The position numbers and the translations under genes are program-made. A stretch of DNA of 62,915 nucleotides, counting the filler, from Candidatus Ancaeobacter aquaticus (GTDB taxonomy: Bacteria > Auribacterota > Ancaeobacteria > Ancaeobacterales > Ancaeobacteraceae): assembly GCA_030765405.1 (NCBI GenBank). It is 4 parts of 4 records of this genome, joined end to end, with 100 filler letters (N's around TTAATTAATTAA, not from the genome) between each part and the next. Parts side by side here need not be neighbours in the genome. Positions count along the whole stretch, not along the records: positions 29,101 to 56,757 come from JAVCCP010000050.1; positions 56,858 to 62,915 come from JAVCCP010000011.1; 2 more parts are not named here. One strand, written 5' to 3'. Positions 49,708-60,941 of this stretch are shown here, piece by piece (the stretch's first letter is position 1; each line of letters begins with the position of its first letter). Under the pieces are notes generated by a model. It was not told the DNA's origin. It searched no databases and worked only from the letters and a program-made list of their open reading frames with translations.

Positions 49708-50105
49708 TATTTAACCTCACAAATTACTTCGCCGCCAACATTTTGTTTTTGTGCTTCAGTACCCGTTAATATGCCCTTGGAAGTCGTCAGTATGACAGTA
49801 CCAAGCCCCCCAAGCACCTTAGTTATCTCTTCTTTTTTTGTGTATAATCTTAGTCCTGGCTTACTCGCTCTCTTTATATTTTTAATAACAGGTTTCCCTT
49901 CACGAGTATATTTCAATTCAACACATATAAAACTTTTGATTCCATCTTCAGTCTTATAATAGTTTTCAATATATCCTGCTTCTTTAAGTTTCTTTATTAC
50001 TTCAAGTTTAATATTGGAATACGGCACATCAACTTTATCATACCGTACTTGAAGCGCATTTTTGATTCTAACTATCATATCAGCAATCGGGTCAGTCATT
50101 GTCAT
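49707..50105 (-). CDS. rpsH: 30S ribosomal protein S8
   Basis: DPIADM..RIKN, SKPGLR and GGEVIC motifs. Confidence 0.98.
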   Translation of the reverse strand: MTMTDPIADMIVRIKNALQVRYDKVDVPYSNIKLEVIKKLKEAGYIENYYKTEDGIKSFICVELKYTREGKPVIKNIKRASKPGLRLYTKKEEITKVLGGLGTVILTTSKGILTGTEAQKQNVGGEVICEVK

Positions 50106-50124
50106 CGTTATATCCCCCTCTATA

Positions 50125-50310
50125 TTACCAACTCGCTTTAATTACGCCAGGCAGCATACCCTGAGACGCGAGCTGACGTAAACATATCCTGCACATTTTA
50201 AATCTTCTTATAAATGCACGTGGCCGTCCGCAGCGCAAACATCTATTATACTTCTGTACTTTATACTTTGGTGTACGCGAACTCTTAACTATAAGACATC
50301 TTTTCGCCAT
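50125..50310 (-). CDS. rpsN: 30S ribosomal protein S14, Zn-binding type Z
   Basis: CLRCGRP...MCRIC...PGVIKASW. Confidence 0.97.
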   Translation of the reverse strand: MAKRCLIVKSSRTPKYKVQKYNRCLRCGRPRAFIRRFKMCRICLRQLASQGMLPGVIKASW

Positions 50311-50312
50311 AA

Positions 50313-50858
50313 TTACTCCTTACCCTTAAAAGGCATTCCAAGCAATTCTAAAAGCTCACTTGCCTCTTCATCTGTTTTTCCTGTTGTTACAAACGTAATA
50401 TCCATCCCTTGAGTTCTCTTAACTTTATCAAAATCAATTTCAGGAAATATCATTTGATCCGGCAGCCCCATCGTATAGTTACCACTTCCATCAAATGATT
50501 TCCTTGTTAACCCTCTAAAGTCCCTAATGCGAGGAATCGCAATACTCACCAATCTATCAAAAAATTCATACATTCTTTTATTGCGCAACGTTACTCTGCA
50601 GCCGATAATGTTGCCTTTGCGCAATCTAAAATTCGATATGCTTTTCTTTGATTTTTGCATTTGTGGTTTCTGGCCGGTAATAATCGATAGATCTCTTGCC
50701 GCTTCCTCTATAGCTTGCGGCTCGCTAGCAGCCTTTCCCACACCCATGTTAATAACTATCTTATCAAGTCTCGGAACTTGATAGACGGTTTTGTACTCAA
50801 ACTTTTCCTTCATTTTTAATGCTATTTCTTCTTTATATTTTTTATGCAAACGTGCCAT
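50313..50858 (-). CDS. rplE: 50S ribosomal protein L5
   Basis: [23 protein letters not shown] and FPEI motifs. Confidence 0.98.
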   Translation of the reverse strand: MARLHKKYKEEIALKMKEKFEYKTVYQVPRLDKIVINMGVGKAASEPQAIEEAARDLSIITGQKPQMQKSKKSISNFRLRKGNIIGCRVTLRNKRMYEFFDRLVSIAIPRIRDFRGLTRKSFDGSGNYTMGLPDQMIFPEIDFDKVKRTQGMDITFVTTGKTDEEASELLELLGMPFKGKE

Positions 50859-50875
50859 GGCTTTAACATCCTTAC

Positions 50876-51199
50876 TTAAATTGTTTCTTCACACTTTTTA
50901 CAGAATCGTTCTTTTCCTTCACTTCCTAAAGCGCGAATAGATACCCTCACGCCGGTTTTACATTTCCCGCAGTAAAACATTACATTAGAAAGAGGAAGAG
51001 GCCGCTCAACGTTAATAATTCCCCCTTGAGGATTATTTCTGTTTGGACGCGATGTCTTTTTTACAAAATTAATTCCCTCAACGAGCACTTTACCTGTTTT
51101 ATAAAAGACATGGAGAACTCTTCCGGTCTTCCCATTGTCTTTACCTTTAATGGCAACTACTGTATCGTCTTTCTTTATCTTTGTTTTTATCATGATCAC
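50876..51199 (-). CDS. rplX: 50S ribosomal protein L24
   Basis: IKKDDTV..IKGKD.GKTG, VEGIN motifs; C-terminal CGKC...CKKC. Confidence 0.97.
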   Translation of the reverse strand: MIMIKTKIKKDDTVVAIKGKDNGKTGRVLHVFYKTGKVLVEGINFVKKTSRPNRNNPQGGIINVERPLPLSNVMFYCGKCKTGVRVSIRALGSEGKERFCKKCEETI

Positions 51200-51233
51200 T
51201 ACCTTTACTCTTTACCCTACCTTGTTTCATTCA

Positions 51234-51602
51234 TTAAATAACTTCAGGTGCCAATGATATTATTTTCATAAAATTTCTTTCACGAAGCTCACGTGCTACG
51301 GGACCAAAAATACGAGTTCCTTTTGGATTAAGTTGATCGTCAATTATCACAATTGCATTTTTGTCAAACCGCAAACTAGAGCCATCATTTCTCTTGATAG
51401 CATTTTTTGTTCGAACAATAACGCCTTTGGCTATTTCACCCTTTTTTATAATAGAATCCGGATCAGCTTCTTTTATAGATACAACAATAACATCACCGAT
51501 GGAAGCGTATCGTCTTCGTGTTCCGCCTAATACTTTTATACACATTACCTTTTTAGCTCCCGTATTATCGGCTACGTTGAGTCTCGATTGCATTTGTATC
51601 AT
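51234..51602 (-). CDS. rplN: 50S ribosomal protein L14
   Basis: MIQ...VADNTGA and [11 protein letters not shown] motifs. Confidence 0.98.
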   Translation of the reverse strand: MIQMQSRLNVADNTGAKKVMCIKVLGGTRRRYASIGDVIVVSIKEADPDSIIKKGEIAKGVIVRTKNAIKRNDGSSLRFDKNAIVIIDDQLNPKGTRIFGPVARELRERNFMKIISLAPEVI

Positions 51603-51639
51603 AGTACTTCACCTTTCCTAATTTTCTGCATCACAATTT

Positions 51640-51912
51640 CTAAGCACTTGCCTTTTTCACAACTTCAACTAATTTCCATCTTTTTAATTTACTTAAAGGA
51701 CGGCTCTCGACTATTCTTACCGTATCACCTTTTTTAGAAACATTGCCTTCATCGTGCGCATGGTATTTCCTGCTGCTTCTAATCACTTTTTTATACAATG
51801 GATGGCGATATGTTCTTTCAGATTTCACCACTACCGTTTTATCCATGTTGTCTGAAACAACTATTCCCAGTTTTTCTTTTACGTTACTCTTACTACTCTT
51901 GTCTTGGACCAT
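51640..51912 (-). CDS. rpsQ: 30S ribosomal protein S17
   Basis: [17 protein letters not shown] and ESRPLSK motifs. Confidence 0.97.
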   Translation of the reverse strand: MVQDKSSKSNVKEKLGIVVSDNMDKTVVVKSERTYRHPLYKKVIRSSRKYHAHDEGNVSKKGDTVRIVESRPLSKLKRWKLVEVVKKASA

Positions 51913-51923
51913 TTCTTGTTTCC

Positions 51924-52127
51924 TTATTCTTTATTCTTGCCAGATTTTTTCTCATTTGCCACAGTCAAAATACGCGCAATATCATGCCTGAGTAATCTTA
52001 TTTGACTTGGTTGTTCCATTTGACCTGTTTTACTTTGCAATCTTTTCTGCAATAAAGAGCTTCTTAATTCTCTTACCTTTACATCTATTTCTTTTTCAGA
52101 AAGCTCCCTCAGCTCTTTTGCTTTCAT
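51924..52127 (-). CDS. rpmC: 50S ribosomal protein L29
   Basis: [10 protein letters not shown]...[13 protein letters not shown]. Confidence 0.95.
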   Translation of the reverse strand: MKAKELRELSEKEIDVKVRELRSSLLQKRLQSKTGQMEQPSQIRLLRHDIARILTVANEKKSGKNKE

Positions 52128-52188
52128 GTGACTCCCCTTATGTGATTATGTCAAATCGTGTTGTTGTTAACGCAAATGCTTACGGCTA

Positions 52189-52605
52189 TTACATTCCTTG
52201 CCGTATTACTAATTTTGCTTTTAGACTCAATTTAAATGCACCGAGGCGCAATGACTCTTTTGCAATGACTTCCGGAACACCACCTATTTCAAATAACACT
52301 TTACCGGGTTTTATTGGTATCACCCATCCTTCAGGAGCACCTTTACCTTTACCCATGCGTGTCTCAGCCGGTTTTTTCGTAATTGACTTATCGGGAAACA
52401 TACGCAACCATAATTTTCCCTTACGTTTCATATGTCGAGTAATAGCAACACGTGCAGCTTCTATTTGTATGTTTGATATCCATCCCCGCTCAAGTATCTG
52501 AAGACCATATTCTCCAAAACTGATCGTGGTACCGTTTGTTGCATTACCTTTAAGCTTTCCGCGTTGTGACTTTCTATACTTAACCCTCTTGGGAAGCAAC
52601 GGCAT
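52189..52605 (-). CDS. rplP: 50S ribosomal protein L16
   Basis: [15 protein letters not shown] and ETRMGKGKG motifs. Confidence 0.98.
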   Translation of the reverse strand: MPLLPKRVKYRKSQRGKLKGNATNGTTISFGEYGLQILERGWISNIQIEAARVAITRHMKRKGKLWLRMFPDKSITKKPAETRMGKGKGAPEGWVIPIKPGKVLFEIGGVPEVIAKESLRLGAFKLSLKAKLVIRQGM

Positions 52606-52617
52606 CGTACATCTCCT

Positions 52618-53319
52618 TTATATTTTCTTTTCTTCAGCAGCAGCGTTCTCAGAATTATCTTGCTCGAGTGCTTGCTCTCTTTTCTTTTTAAGCGGTGATT
52701 TCTCACCTTTGCAAACCCATACTTTTACTCCAATGAGACCGTAGGTAGTATGAGATTCTGCAAAACCATAATCAATATCTGCCCGCAAAGTATGTAATGG
52801 TATCTTCCCGTCTTTTGCCCCATCCACACGCGCTATTTCAGCACCGTTTAGTCTTCCGGCACATCTGATCTTAATACCCACAGCGCCTGCGTCCATTGCA
52901 GCTTTAATCGACTTTTTCATTGCACGCTTATACGAAACTCTTTTTGCTATTTGAAGCGCTATGTTCTCGGAAACTAATTGCGCGTCAAGTTCGGCCCTTT
53001 TTATTTCTTCAATATCTATAACAACTTCTTTTTTTGTCATGAGATATAAATCTTCTTTAATTCTGTCAATCTCAGCACCTTTTCTTCCAATAACCACTCC
53101 CGGGCGAGAAGAGTGCAGGGTGATACGAATCTTATCAGCTGTTCTTTCAATTAATATACGAGAAATACCTGCTGAAAGAAGTCTCTTTTTGATAAACTTT
53201 CTTATCTTAAGATCTTCATGAATAGCAGCCGGATAATCTTTCTTATCACAAAACCATCGTGATGCCCAATTTTTATATACCGTTACTCGTATGCCTATCG
53301 GATTGACCTTTTGTCCCAC
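52618..53319 (-). CDS. rpsC: 30S ribosomal protein S3
   Basis: MGQKVNP, RPGVVIGRKG and PLHTLRADIDY motifs. Confidence 0.98.
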   Translation of the reverse strand: MGQKVNPIGIRVTVYKNWASRWFCDKKDYPAAIHEDLKIRKFIKKRLLSAGISRILIERTADKIRITLHSSRPGVVIGRKGAEIDRIKEDLYLMTKKEVVIDIEEIKRAELDAQLVSENIALQIAKRVSYKRAMKKSIKAAMDAGAVGIKIRCAGRLNGAEIARVDGAKDGKIPLHTLRADIDYGFAESHTTYGLIGVKVWVCKGEKSPLKKKREQALEQDNSENAAAEEKKI

Positions 53320-53341
53320 AATACCTCCTCAACAATTCCTT

Positions 53342-53896
53342 TTATTTATTTGTCATACCCTTTTTTTCGTGCTGTCCAATCGCTTTTTGATCTTTGGATC
53401 TGACTACTTTATGTTGTGCTTTAGATTTTATTTTCTTATCTAGCTTTTGTAGTTTCTCTTGTGCTTTTGTATGCCCTGGTTTTTTCTTGTTGTTAGTTTT
53501 TCCCGTACCAGTATGCGGCTGAACAGCTTTTTGTTTAGTGTGCACCGCACTCACTTCGTCTTTGACACCGTCAGAAAGCACAATAGTGATATGACTTGTT
53601 TTCTTTTGTATCGGCGTCGCTCGCCCCATTGCTCTGGGGATAAATCGCTTTATTATAGGACCGCCGTCAACATACACTTCTTTCACAATAAGACTGTCAA
53701 GATCCTCAACTTCTTTAACCTTAGCGTTTGCGACAGCGCTTTTTAATGTCTTCCCAACAATCTTCGCTGCTTTTGAATTTGTGAAATTAAGCGTATTGAT
53801 CGCAGCATTAACACGAGCTCCACGAATCAAATCTACTACATTCCTCGCTCTGCGAGTTGATACTCTTACATATTTTGTAATTGCTCTAACTTCCAT
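53342..53896 (-). CDS. rplV: 50S ribosomal protein L22 with 74-aa basic C-terminal extension
   Basis: Core (RAMGRA...SHITIVL) ends at about aa 110; ORF continues to aa 184. Confidence 0.95.
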   Translation of the reverse strand: MEVRAITKYVRVSTRRARNVVDLIRGARVNAAINTLNFTNSKAAKIVGKTLKSAVANAKVKEVEDLDSLIVKEVYVDGGPIIKRFIPRAMGRATPIQKKTSHITIVLSDGVKDEVSAVHTKQKAVQPHTGTGKTNNKKKPGHTKAQEKLQKLDKKIKSKAQHKVVRSKDQKAIGQHEKKGMTNK

Positions 53897-53956
53897 TACA
53901 ATTATTCTCCATTCAGTATTTTTAATAAGGAGATCTTACCACAAGGCACATTTGCG

Positions 53957-54241
53957 TTATTTATTAGCTGCTGTTTTATCAGCACCAGAACTATGTCTTC
54001 GAAATGTACGTGTTGGAGAAAATTCACCTAACTTATGTCCTACCATATTTTCAGAAACAAAAACCGGAAGAAACTTTCTTCCATTATGAACCATGAATGT
54101 ATGTCCTACAAATTCAGGAACAATCATACTTCGTCTTGACCATGTTTTTACAGGCGATTTATGTGCGGACCGATTTAATTTCTCAATCTTTTTCATCAAT
54201 TTCTCATCGATGAATGGTCCTTTTTTTACTGATCTCCCCAT
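53957..54241 (-). CDS. rpsS: 30S ribosomal protein S19
   Basis: [14 protein letters not shown] and [11 protein letters not shown] motifs. Confidence 0.98.
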   Translation of the reverse strand: MGRSVKKGPFIDEKLMKKIEKLNRSAHKSPVKTWSRRSMIVPEFVGHTFMVHNGRKFLPVFVSENMVGHKLGEFSPTRTFRRHSSGADKTAANK

Positions 54242-54321
54242 TGTTCCTCCTGTTACAGTTACTCATATTTACACGAAAAAAAGAGCGGCTATTATATAAT
54301 AAACACTCGCAGATGCAAGAA

Positions 54322-55158
54322 CTATTTTTTCTTTTTTCCTTTTCTCGGCTTTACGATGTATTTTGTTGATTTTCTTTTGCTTCTTGTCTTAGCACCTTTT
54401 GCCAGCTTACCCCATGGAGAACACGGATGTCTACCGCCGGATGAACGTCCTTCACCACCACCCATTGGATGATCTACAGGATTCATTGCGACACCTCTTA
54501 CATGAGGGCGTCTCCCTAACCATTTTTTGCGTCCAGCTTTGCCTAGCGATATCGATTCATGTTCGATATTCCCTACTTGCCCTATTGTTGCAGTACAAAC
54601 AATCGGCACTAACCGAACTTCACCAGAAGGAAGTTTGACATGCGCATTCTTTCCTTCTTTTGCCATAACTTCAGCACGTGCTCCTGCGCTACGTACAAGT
54701 TGCGCACCACGGCCTTTTTTTAGCTCAATATTGTGTATAGGCATACCAATAGGTATTTCTTCTAGTGGCATGGTGTTTCCGACTGCGATCTCTTGCTTTA
54801 TTCCTGAAACGAGGATATCATCTACCTTCAAACCAACAGGAGCTATTATATAACGTTTCTCACCGTCTTTGTATACCAAAAGCGCTATCCGTGCAGACCG
54901 ATTTGGATCATATTCAATGGATGCAACACGTGCAGGAATACCTAATTTATTACGCTTAAAATCGATCATCCTATATTTTCTCTTGTGTCCACCACCAATA
55001 TGGCGTGACGTAATACGCCCCATACTGTTTCGCCCACCAGTTTTTGATGTCTTCTTCAATAACCGTTTCTCAGGCTTGTTCTTTGTGATTTCTGCAAAAT
55101 CTGACACTGTTGCAAATCTTCGTGTAGATGTCGTTGGTTTATATTTTTTTATACCCAT
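54322..55158 (-). CDS. rplB: 50S ribosomal protein L2
   Basis: EYDPNRSA and [17 protein letters not shown] motifs. Confidence 0.98.
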   Translation of the reverse strand: MGIKKYKPTTSTRRFATVSDFAEITKNKPEKRLLKKTSKTGGRNSMGRITSRHIGGGHKRKYRMIDFKRNKLGIPARVASIEYDPNRSARIALLVYKDGEKRYIIAPVGLKVDDILVSGIKQEIAVGNTMPLEEIPIGMPIHNIELKKGRGAQLVRSAGARAEVMAKEGKNAHVKLPSGEVRLVPIVCTATIGQVGNIEHESISLGKAGRKKWLGRRPHVRGVAMNPVDHPMGGGEGRSSGGRHPCSPWGKLAKGAKTRSKRKSTKYIVKPRKGKKKK

Positions 55159-55201
55159 TCTTTACCTTCCTTACTCTCTCTAGATATTTTCAGCACTATT
55201 A

Positions 55202-55483
55202 TTATTTTATTTCGATCTTGTCACCTTTTTTTAAAGTGACAATAGCTTTCTTTATTGCTGAAGTCATTCCAGCAACACGACGAACTCTTTTCATCTTTCC
55301 GCGCTGATTAATAATATTTACTGCTTCAACTTTAACATTAAATAACTTTTGGACAGCATTTCTAATTTCGATTTTGTTTGATCTGCGATCGACTTCGAAC
55401 AAATATTTATTATGCTTTTCTGTTAATTCTGTCCCTTTTTCTGTTACTAACGTCGTTTTTATAACTATGTTTGGATCTCTCAC
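55202..55483 (-). CDS. rplW: 50S ribosomal protein L23
   Basis: TEK, FEV...KIEIRNAV..LF.VKV and KKAIVTL motifs; GTG start at 55483. Confidence 0.96.
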   Translation of the reverse strand: MRDPNIVIKTTLVTEKGTELTEKHNKYLFEVDRRSNKIEIRNAVQKLFNVKVEAVNIINQRGKMKRVRRVAGMTSAIKKAIVTLKKGDKIEIK

Positions 55484-55519
55484 GATTCCCCCCTTCCACT
55501 CACGGTGCACTTACATATA

Positions 55520-56146
55520 TTATTTGCTAAATCTCTTGAGAACTTTTTCAAAAGCTTCTTTTGTTGTTACAATTTTTTTATGCGCTAATATATAATAAGT
55601 GTTTATTTCTTCAGATTTTATCACTTTTACTTCTTTTAAGTTTCTTGCTGATTTTTCAACATTCACATTTTTCTTATCGAGCACTAATAACACGCTACTA
55701 CCGGCATTAATCTTTTCTAGCAATGCGATAAAATCTTTTGTTTTAATATTTTCCATCTCTAACGATTCAAGAACAATAATTGCGTTATTGTTTAATCTTT
55801 CTGCTATCACATGCTTTAAAGCACTCTTTTTTACTTTTTGAGGTAAAGTAATAGTAAAACTTCTCGGACGAGGGCCAAACGCTACTGCGCCTTTCCTCCA
55901 CACCGGTGAACTCTTATCTCCAATACGTGCACGTCCGGTTCCTTTTTGTCTCCACGGTTTTTCACCAGAAAAACTTACCTCAGAGCGTGTTTTTGTACAT
56001 GCCGTACCAGAACGCTGATTTGCTAAATATGCTTCTACACAGTCGCGAACAATCTTTTCATTTGCTTTATACTCAGCAATTTCCTGCGCAACATCAATTG
56101 TACTTACTGATTTTCCATTTTTATCTAATACTTCCAACGTTGACAT
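55520..56146 (-). CDS. rplD: 50S ribosomal protein L4
   Basis: TKTRSEV, KPWRQKGTGRAR and GAVAFGP motifs. Confidence 0.97.
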   Translation of the reverse strand: MSTLEVLDKNGKSVSTIDVAQEIAEYKANEKIVRDCVEAYLANQRSGTACTKTRSEVSFSGEKPWRQKGTGRARIGDKSSPVWRKGAVAFGPRPRSFTITLPQKVKKSALKHVIAERLNNNAIIVLESLEMENIKTKDFIALLEKINAGSSVLLVLDKKNVNVEKSARNLKEVKVIKSEEINTYYILAHKKIVTTKEAFEKVLKRFSK

Positions 56147-56241
56147 AACTGACCTCTTCTCTTAATATATTTTGCCTGTCACTCAAACGGTAAACATAAA
56201 CGTTTATTTATATTGCTTACCACTTACAGCTTATAGCTTAT

Positions 56242-56553
56242 TTATACTTTTATCTTAATATCAACGCCAGACGGAAGATTAAGCTTTTTTAATTCATCTA
56301 CCGTTTTAGCTGTTGGATTAACGATATCCAAAAACCTCTTGTATGTCCTTATTTCAAACTGTTCACGTGATTTTTTATCAACGTGAGGTGAACGCAAAAC
56401 TGTAAAGCGTTCCGTTCGTGTAGGAAGAGGTACTGGCCCCACTACTCGCGAACCAGTTCTCTTTGCCGTTTCAACAATAGACTCTGCAGACTGATCCAAA
56501 AGTCGGTGATCATATGCCTTTAACCGTATTCTTATTTTTTGTCCTTCCACCAC
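56242..56553 (-). CDS. rpsJ: 30S ribosomal protein S10
   Basis: [16 protein letters not shown] and [14 protein letters not shown] motifs. Confidence 0.98.
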   Translation of the reverse strand: MVEGQKIRIRLKAYDHRLLDQSAESIVETAKRTGSRVVGPVPLPTRTERFTVLRSPHVDKKSREQFEIRTYKRFLDIVNPTAKTVDELKKLNLPSGVDIKIKV

Positions 56554-56630
56554 AGTGACTCCTTTGTTTATCACCTCCTGGTATTTTCATCCCTTTTGCG
56601 AAAACACCAAGAACTTTTAACTGTTTCTTT

Positions 56631-56757
56631 TTATTCAACAATATCAGAGATTCTACCGGCGCCGATTGTTCGTCCGCCTTCTCGTATCGCAAATCTCAAA
56701 CCTTTTTCCATCGCTACCGGCACAATCAACTCCAACTCGATCGCTACATTATCTCCC
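56631..56757 (-). CDS. tuf: elongation factor Tu, 3' end only
   Basis: Hand translation [45 protein letters not shown]. Confidence 0.95.
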
Positions 56758-56857
56758 NNNNNNNNNNNNNNNNNNNNNNNNNNNNNNNNNNNNNNNNNNN
56801 NTTAATTAATTAANNNNNNNNNNNNNNNNNNNNNNNNNNNNNNNNNNNNNNNNNNNN
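56758..56857. other. artificial contig spacer
   Basis: N runs around TTAATTAATTAA. Confidence 0.97.
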
Positions 56858-56859
56858 AA

Positions 56860-57675
56860 CATAACCCTTCAGCCACTCTCGGATACTATTCTTACCAAAC
56901 AATCAGCGGTAAAAAAGACAACTTCATCTTCTTCTGGGGCTATCGTACTCACGTCATTGTCTCTAAAGAAGGTATTCCTCTTGTCGAACTTACTCTCCCT
57001 AACAATGTCAAAGATTCTGTCGCCGCTCGTAAACTCATCAAAAAACTTAAACGTGTCTACGGTACCCGCAAAGGCTCCATTCTCTTGGCCGATGCCGCTT
57101 ACGACAAACGTGAACTTTATAATTTCATCGTCAATGAACTCAAGTGGCTCGCCTTCATTCCTATAAACCCTCGCAACACACAACAAAACAAAACCTTCGG
57201 TCCTAATGGTTTCCCCCTCTGCGACGCCAAACTCGAAATGAAGCCCGACGGCATCTGGACTGAAGGTTTGAGAACCCGCAGCAAATTCCGATGCCCGATT
57301 AAAACCAGTGTAAAGTTCGCCAAAAATCACCCTAATGGATGCCCCGTAGATCACTGCAAATTCAATCCCTACGGCTGTACAAAACATTTAGATATTACTG
57401 ATGATGCCCGTTCTCGTGTCCCAAGAAATTCACTCTTCTATAAAAATACCTGTAACTTACGCACCGAAGTTGAACGTTATTTTGCCCGTCTCGGTGACCG
57501 CGAACTTGAACAGACTACTCACTACAAGATGAGATCAATCAAAAACCAGATGACTATCGCTCATCTCTCTTTAAGCCTTGTTGCCCATGCCGCAGCTATC
57601 CTCATAGAACAGCCTACAAAGATCAGGTGCTACCGTACCTTCGCCTCAGAACCACTGGCTTCCCTAACTGGGTAA
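56860..57675 (+). mobile_element. DDE transposase (IS4/IS5-like), 5'-truncated by contig start
   Basis: Frame open from 56860: FFWGYRTH, LLADAAYD and RTEVERYFARL motifs; Cys-rich insertion. Confidence 0.8.
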
Positions 57676-57781
57676 TACTCATACTTTCAAAGAACAATCT
57701 TTTATTTTTACAGGATAACTGTTTCTTTTTTCGGTGATCGTTTGCTATCCTGTTTCTCTTACCCTACTTCTTACTCTTTTC

Positions 57782-57815
57782 GAGATCGCTTCCTCGCTTC
57801 GCTCATCGCGATGAC
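57782..57815. repeat. REP-like palindrome
   Basis: GAGATCGCTTCCTCGCTTCGCTCATCGCGATGAC, same family as 18546-18574. Confidence 0.55.
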
Positions 57816-57902
57816 TCCGCTAAACGTCATTTCGCAGAAGTCTTTATCTATTTATTTACATATAAAATTCAAAAAACAGATTTGTACGTATAACTGGAAC
57901 GG

Positions 57903-59267
57903 TCAGTCGCCGTTAATACCCCATACACATACTTTATCTTTACCGCTTTGTTTCGCTTTATAAAGCGCTTCATCAGCTTTATCTATCATATCTTGAAGTG
58001 ACCCGCAATTGTACGGATACGATGATATCCCTATAGAAAGTGTAACCGTTACCTCATCATCTTCAAGACTAATATTATGCGCTTTCACCGCTAGTCTCAT
58101 ACGTTCAGCAACCTGTATCGCAATATTAAGATCAGTTTTAGGAAGTGCAATAGCGATTTCATCCCCACCATATCTTCCGATAAGATCAACGCTTCGCGCC
58201 TCATCCTTTAAAATCCCTGAAACTTCACGCAAGAGAATATCCCCGGCGAGATGACCATACTTATCGTTCACATGTTTAAAATTATCAATATCGGCAATGA
58301 AAAATGATAGCGGCTGTTTATTTCTATTTGCTCGATCAACTTCGGTTTCAAGAATCTCGACAAAATGTCTTCTGAGGTACAACCCTGTCAAACCGTCTAT
58401 GATAGATAAATCTCTTACTTTATGGTACAGATTTATTTTCTTGAGCTCATTTGCAAGCTGTGGAGCAAGATTTTGTATTTTTTCAAATCCTATTATATCA
58501 ACATCAAATACCACAACATAACCTAACAGTTCGTTTTCACTGACAAGTGGCACCGCGCCAAATGTTTCATACTCTTTATCATCACCACTAATATACTGCG
58601 TCATCTCACCTTTAGTAACAAATAGAGCATCAGCATTATCTTCAAATGCACTCATGATATTATTATAAAGATTCTTATGAACAACTTCATCAGCTTCATA
58701 GACAAAAGTATCTCTCGGTTCATCGCCGACGGGCATATTAAATACTTTTTCAATCTGCAATTCATTGTTCTTGCTCTCAGCTAACACCAGCTGCCCTTCG
58801 GAGAACTGGGCAAGGGTGTGTATAAATCGTGTCATAAGCTCAAGCTTGTTGGTGAAATCTAATGTTGCGGTAACACTTTTTATATTTTCGTAATACGATA
58901 TTGTTGTATCAAGTTCTTTACTTACCCTTACATTTTCTTCCTTTAAGACCTTTGCTTCTTGAGAAAGCATGTCATATTTCTTAACCGCATCATTGTAGTA
59001 CTCTAAAAAGAGGTTATACTGATTTTCATTTTTCTTTATGTAGTAACGGATAAGATTAAAGATAAAAAGAAAATATCCCGCTAAAAATACGCCGAGTATC
59101 GCACCGGGAATAATAAAATCTTCACGACTAACAATAATCCTCGTCATAACATACACTTCCGTTACCACAAGCGATATTAATGTCAACGCAAGTGCTTTTC
59201 TACTGCCATAGAATAGCCCAAAAAATATCACTAAAATAAAAAATGTTAATATTAAAAATGTATCCAT
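57903..59267 (-). CDS. membrane-bound GAF-GGDEF diguanylate cyclase
   Basis: N-terminal TMs; DGLTGLY, ADIDNFK and RSVD-LIGRY-GGDEI motifs. Confidence 0.92.
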   Translation of the reverse strand: MDTFLILTFFILVIFFGLFYGSRKALALTLISLVVTEVYVMTRIIVSREDFIIPGAILGVFLAGYFLFIFNLIRYYIKKNENQYNLFLEYYNDAVKKYDMLSQEAKVLKEENVRVSKELDTTISYYENIKSVTATLDFTNKLELMTRFIHTLAQFSEGQLVLAESKNNELQIEKVFNMPVGDEPRDTFVYEADEVVHKNLYNNIMSAFEDNADALFVTKGEMTQYISGDDKEYETFGAVPLVSENELLGYVVVFDVDIIGFEKIQNLAPQLANELKKINLYHKVRDLSIIDGLTGLYLRRHFVEILETEVDRANRNKQPLSFFIADIDNFKHVNDKYGHLAGDILLREVSGILKDEARSVDLIGRYGGDEIAIALPKTDLNIAIQVAERMRLAVKAHNISLEDDEVTVTLSIGISSYPYNCGSLQDMIDKADEALYKAKQSGKDKVCVWGINGD

Positions 59268-59400
59268 TGCTCTCGTTCGTAGTTAATCGTTCATGGTTCA
59301 TAGTAAAAACTTAAAACTAACGAATAGTAATATTTCAATAAAGCGGCTGAAAGCCGTTACCACACTTTTTACTTTTTCGTTTTACCTTTTGCGTTTGTGA

Positions 59401-60849
59401 TTAAAGCTCTGATTTAATCACTCTATTTCTTCCCTGCCGCTTCGCTTCGTAGAGCGCTTTATCTGCTCTATCAACAAATTCATCCGTACTTTTTATTTTG
59501 TCGCTATACATACATACGCCAATACTTACCGTCCCGCGCAATTTTTCCTGCCGTATAAGAATTATCTGGCTAGCAATTTTTTCACGAAGCTTTTCAGCAA
59601 GCTCAAGAACCACTTGCTCATCATAATCAGGCACTAATATCGCAAATTCTTCCCCGCCATACCGTGAAACAATGCACTTCTTAGAAACATTTTTCTCGAG
59701 TATATCAGCATAGCGCTTGAGAACAATATCTCCTGCCGTATGACCATACTGATCATTAAATGATTTAAAATTATCCATATCCAATAACAGTACAGACAAA
59801 GTTACCCCACCGGCTTTAGCAACTGAGAATTGTTTTGCTAACTCTTCATTGAAATATGTTTTTACATATAACCCTGTTAACCCGTCCTTAATTGCAAGAT
59901 CTTCAGTTTGACGGTATAGCATTGCGTTTTTTATCGTGGTAGACGCTATATTGGCGACAATCGATAACAACCGCAAATTACTGAGCTCAAAAGTATTCTC
60001 TTTATAACTATCAATTCTTAAAACACCCAGTATCTTACCTTCTGTAATCAGAGGAGCAACAATGATAGACTTTACTTCTTTAAGCGACCGTTGACTGGTA
60101 TCAATGTGAAAGCGGTAATCCTTCTGCACATCAGTCACCAAAAGCGGCTGCTGGTGCCTCATAACCCAGCGGTTAAACACATCCATGGGATCAGTAAAAA
60201 GTGGTCTCTTTTCGAAGGAAATAACCTCAAACGCTTTTAATTCGAGACTCATAAGATCTTTTGCTACAAGAAACAGAAGGTTAATATCACCTTTTCCAAT
60301 AGTGATATTACTGTATTCTATGATCCTGCGCAGAAGCTCATCAATAGGCAGGGTAAAACTAAGATTTTGGGCAACATCCTTAAAAAACAGAAACCGTTGT
60401 TTCATTCTAAGAAGTGATTTATTAATACCTTTTGCATCTTCATGAGTGTTAATCAGAATATTAAAATCTTCTTTAAGCTTCTCGGTCTTGATACGTAATT
60501 CTTCATTTTTAATTCTTCTGGTCTCTTTATATTTAAGCAAGATCATGCCTAACAGAATGAATGCGATCGGATATAAATAATAAATGGGCCTCCCGAGCGC
60601 AATAGCAATTAATATCGTATATACCGATAAAAAAGTGCTCATAACAACACTCAATAATATTCCGTAATTAAACCAGGTAAACACAACGAGCACAGGTAAT
60701 ATAATGAGAACCACAATAAGAAGTATATGATAAAACTGCAGCGGATATTTATTAAGAACAAATACGAGTATAAAAGAAATGGCTAATACAGTTAAGTAAC
60801 TGACAAATAAGAAAAACCCTCTAAATTCTCCAATTTTAGTTACTTTCAT
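59401..60849 (-). CDS. membrane-bound GAF-GGDEF diguanylate cyclase
   Basis: N-terminal TMs; GAF; DGLTGLY, LDMDNFK and RYGGEEF motifs. Confidence 0.92.
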   Translation of the reverse strand: MKVTKIGEFRGFFLFVSYLTVLAISFILVFVLNKYPLQFYHILLIVVLIILPVLVVFTWFNYGILLSVVMSTFLSVYTILIAIALGRPIYYLYPIAFILLGMILLKYKETRRIKNEELRIKTEKLKEDFNILINTHEDAKGINKSLLRMKQRFLFFKDVAQNLSFTLPIDELLRRIIEYSNITIGKGDINLLFLVAKDLMSLELKAFEVISFEKRPLFTDPMDVFNRWVMRHQQPLLVTDVQKDYRFHIDTSQRSLKEVKSIIVAPLITEGKILGVLRIDSYKENTFELSNLRLLSIVANIASTTIKNAMLYRQTEDLAIKDGLTGLYVKTYFNEELAKQFSVAKAGGVTLSVLLLDMDNFKSFNDQYGHTAGDIVLKRYADILEKNVSKKCIVSRYGGEEFAILVPDYDEQVVLELAEKLREKIASQIILIRQEKLRGTVSIGVCMYSDKIKSTDEFVDRADKALYEAKRQGRNRVIKSEL

Positions 60850-60941
60850 TGCCTCTCCATCTCACAACAACTCCAATGGTCCGAATTGACTTCTATCTAA
60901 GAAGAACTTTCATATCGAAAGGCATTTCAAACACACATTAT

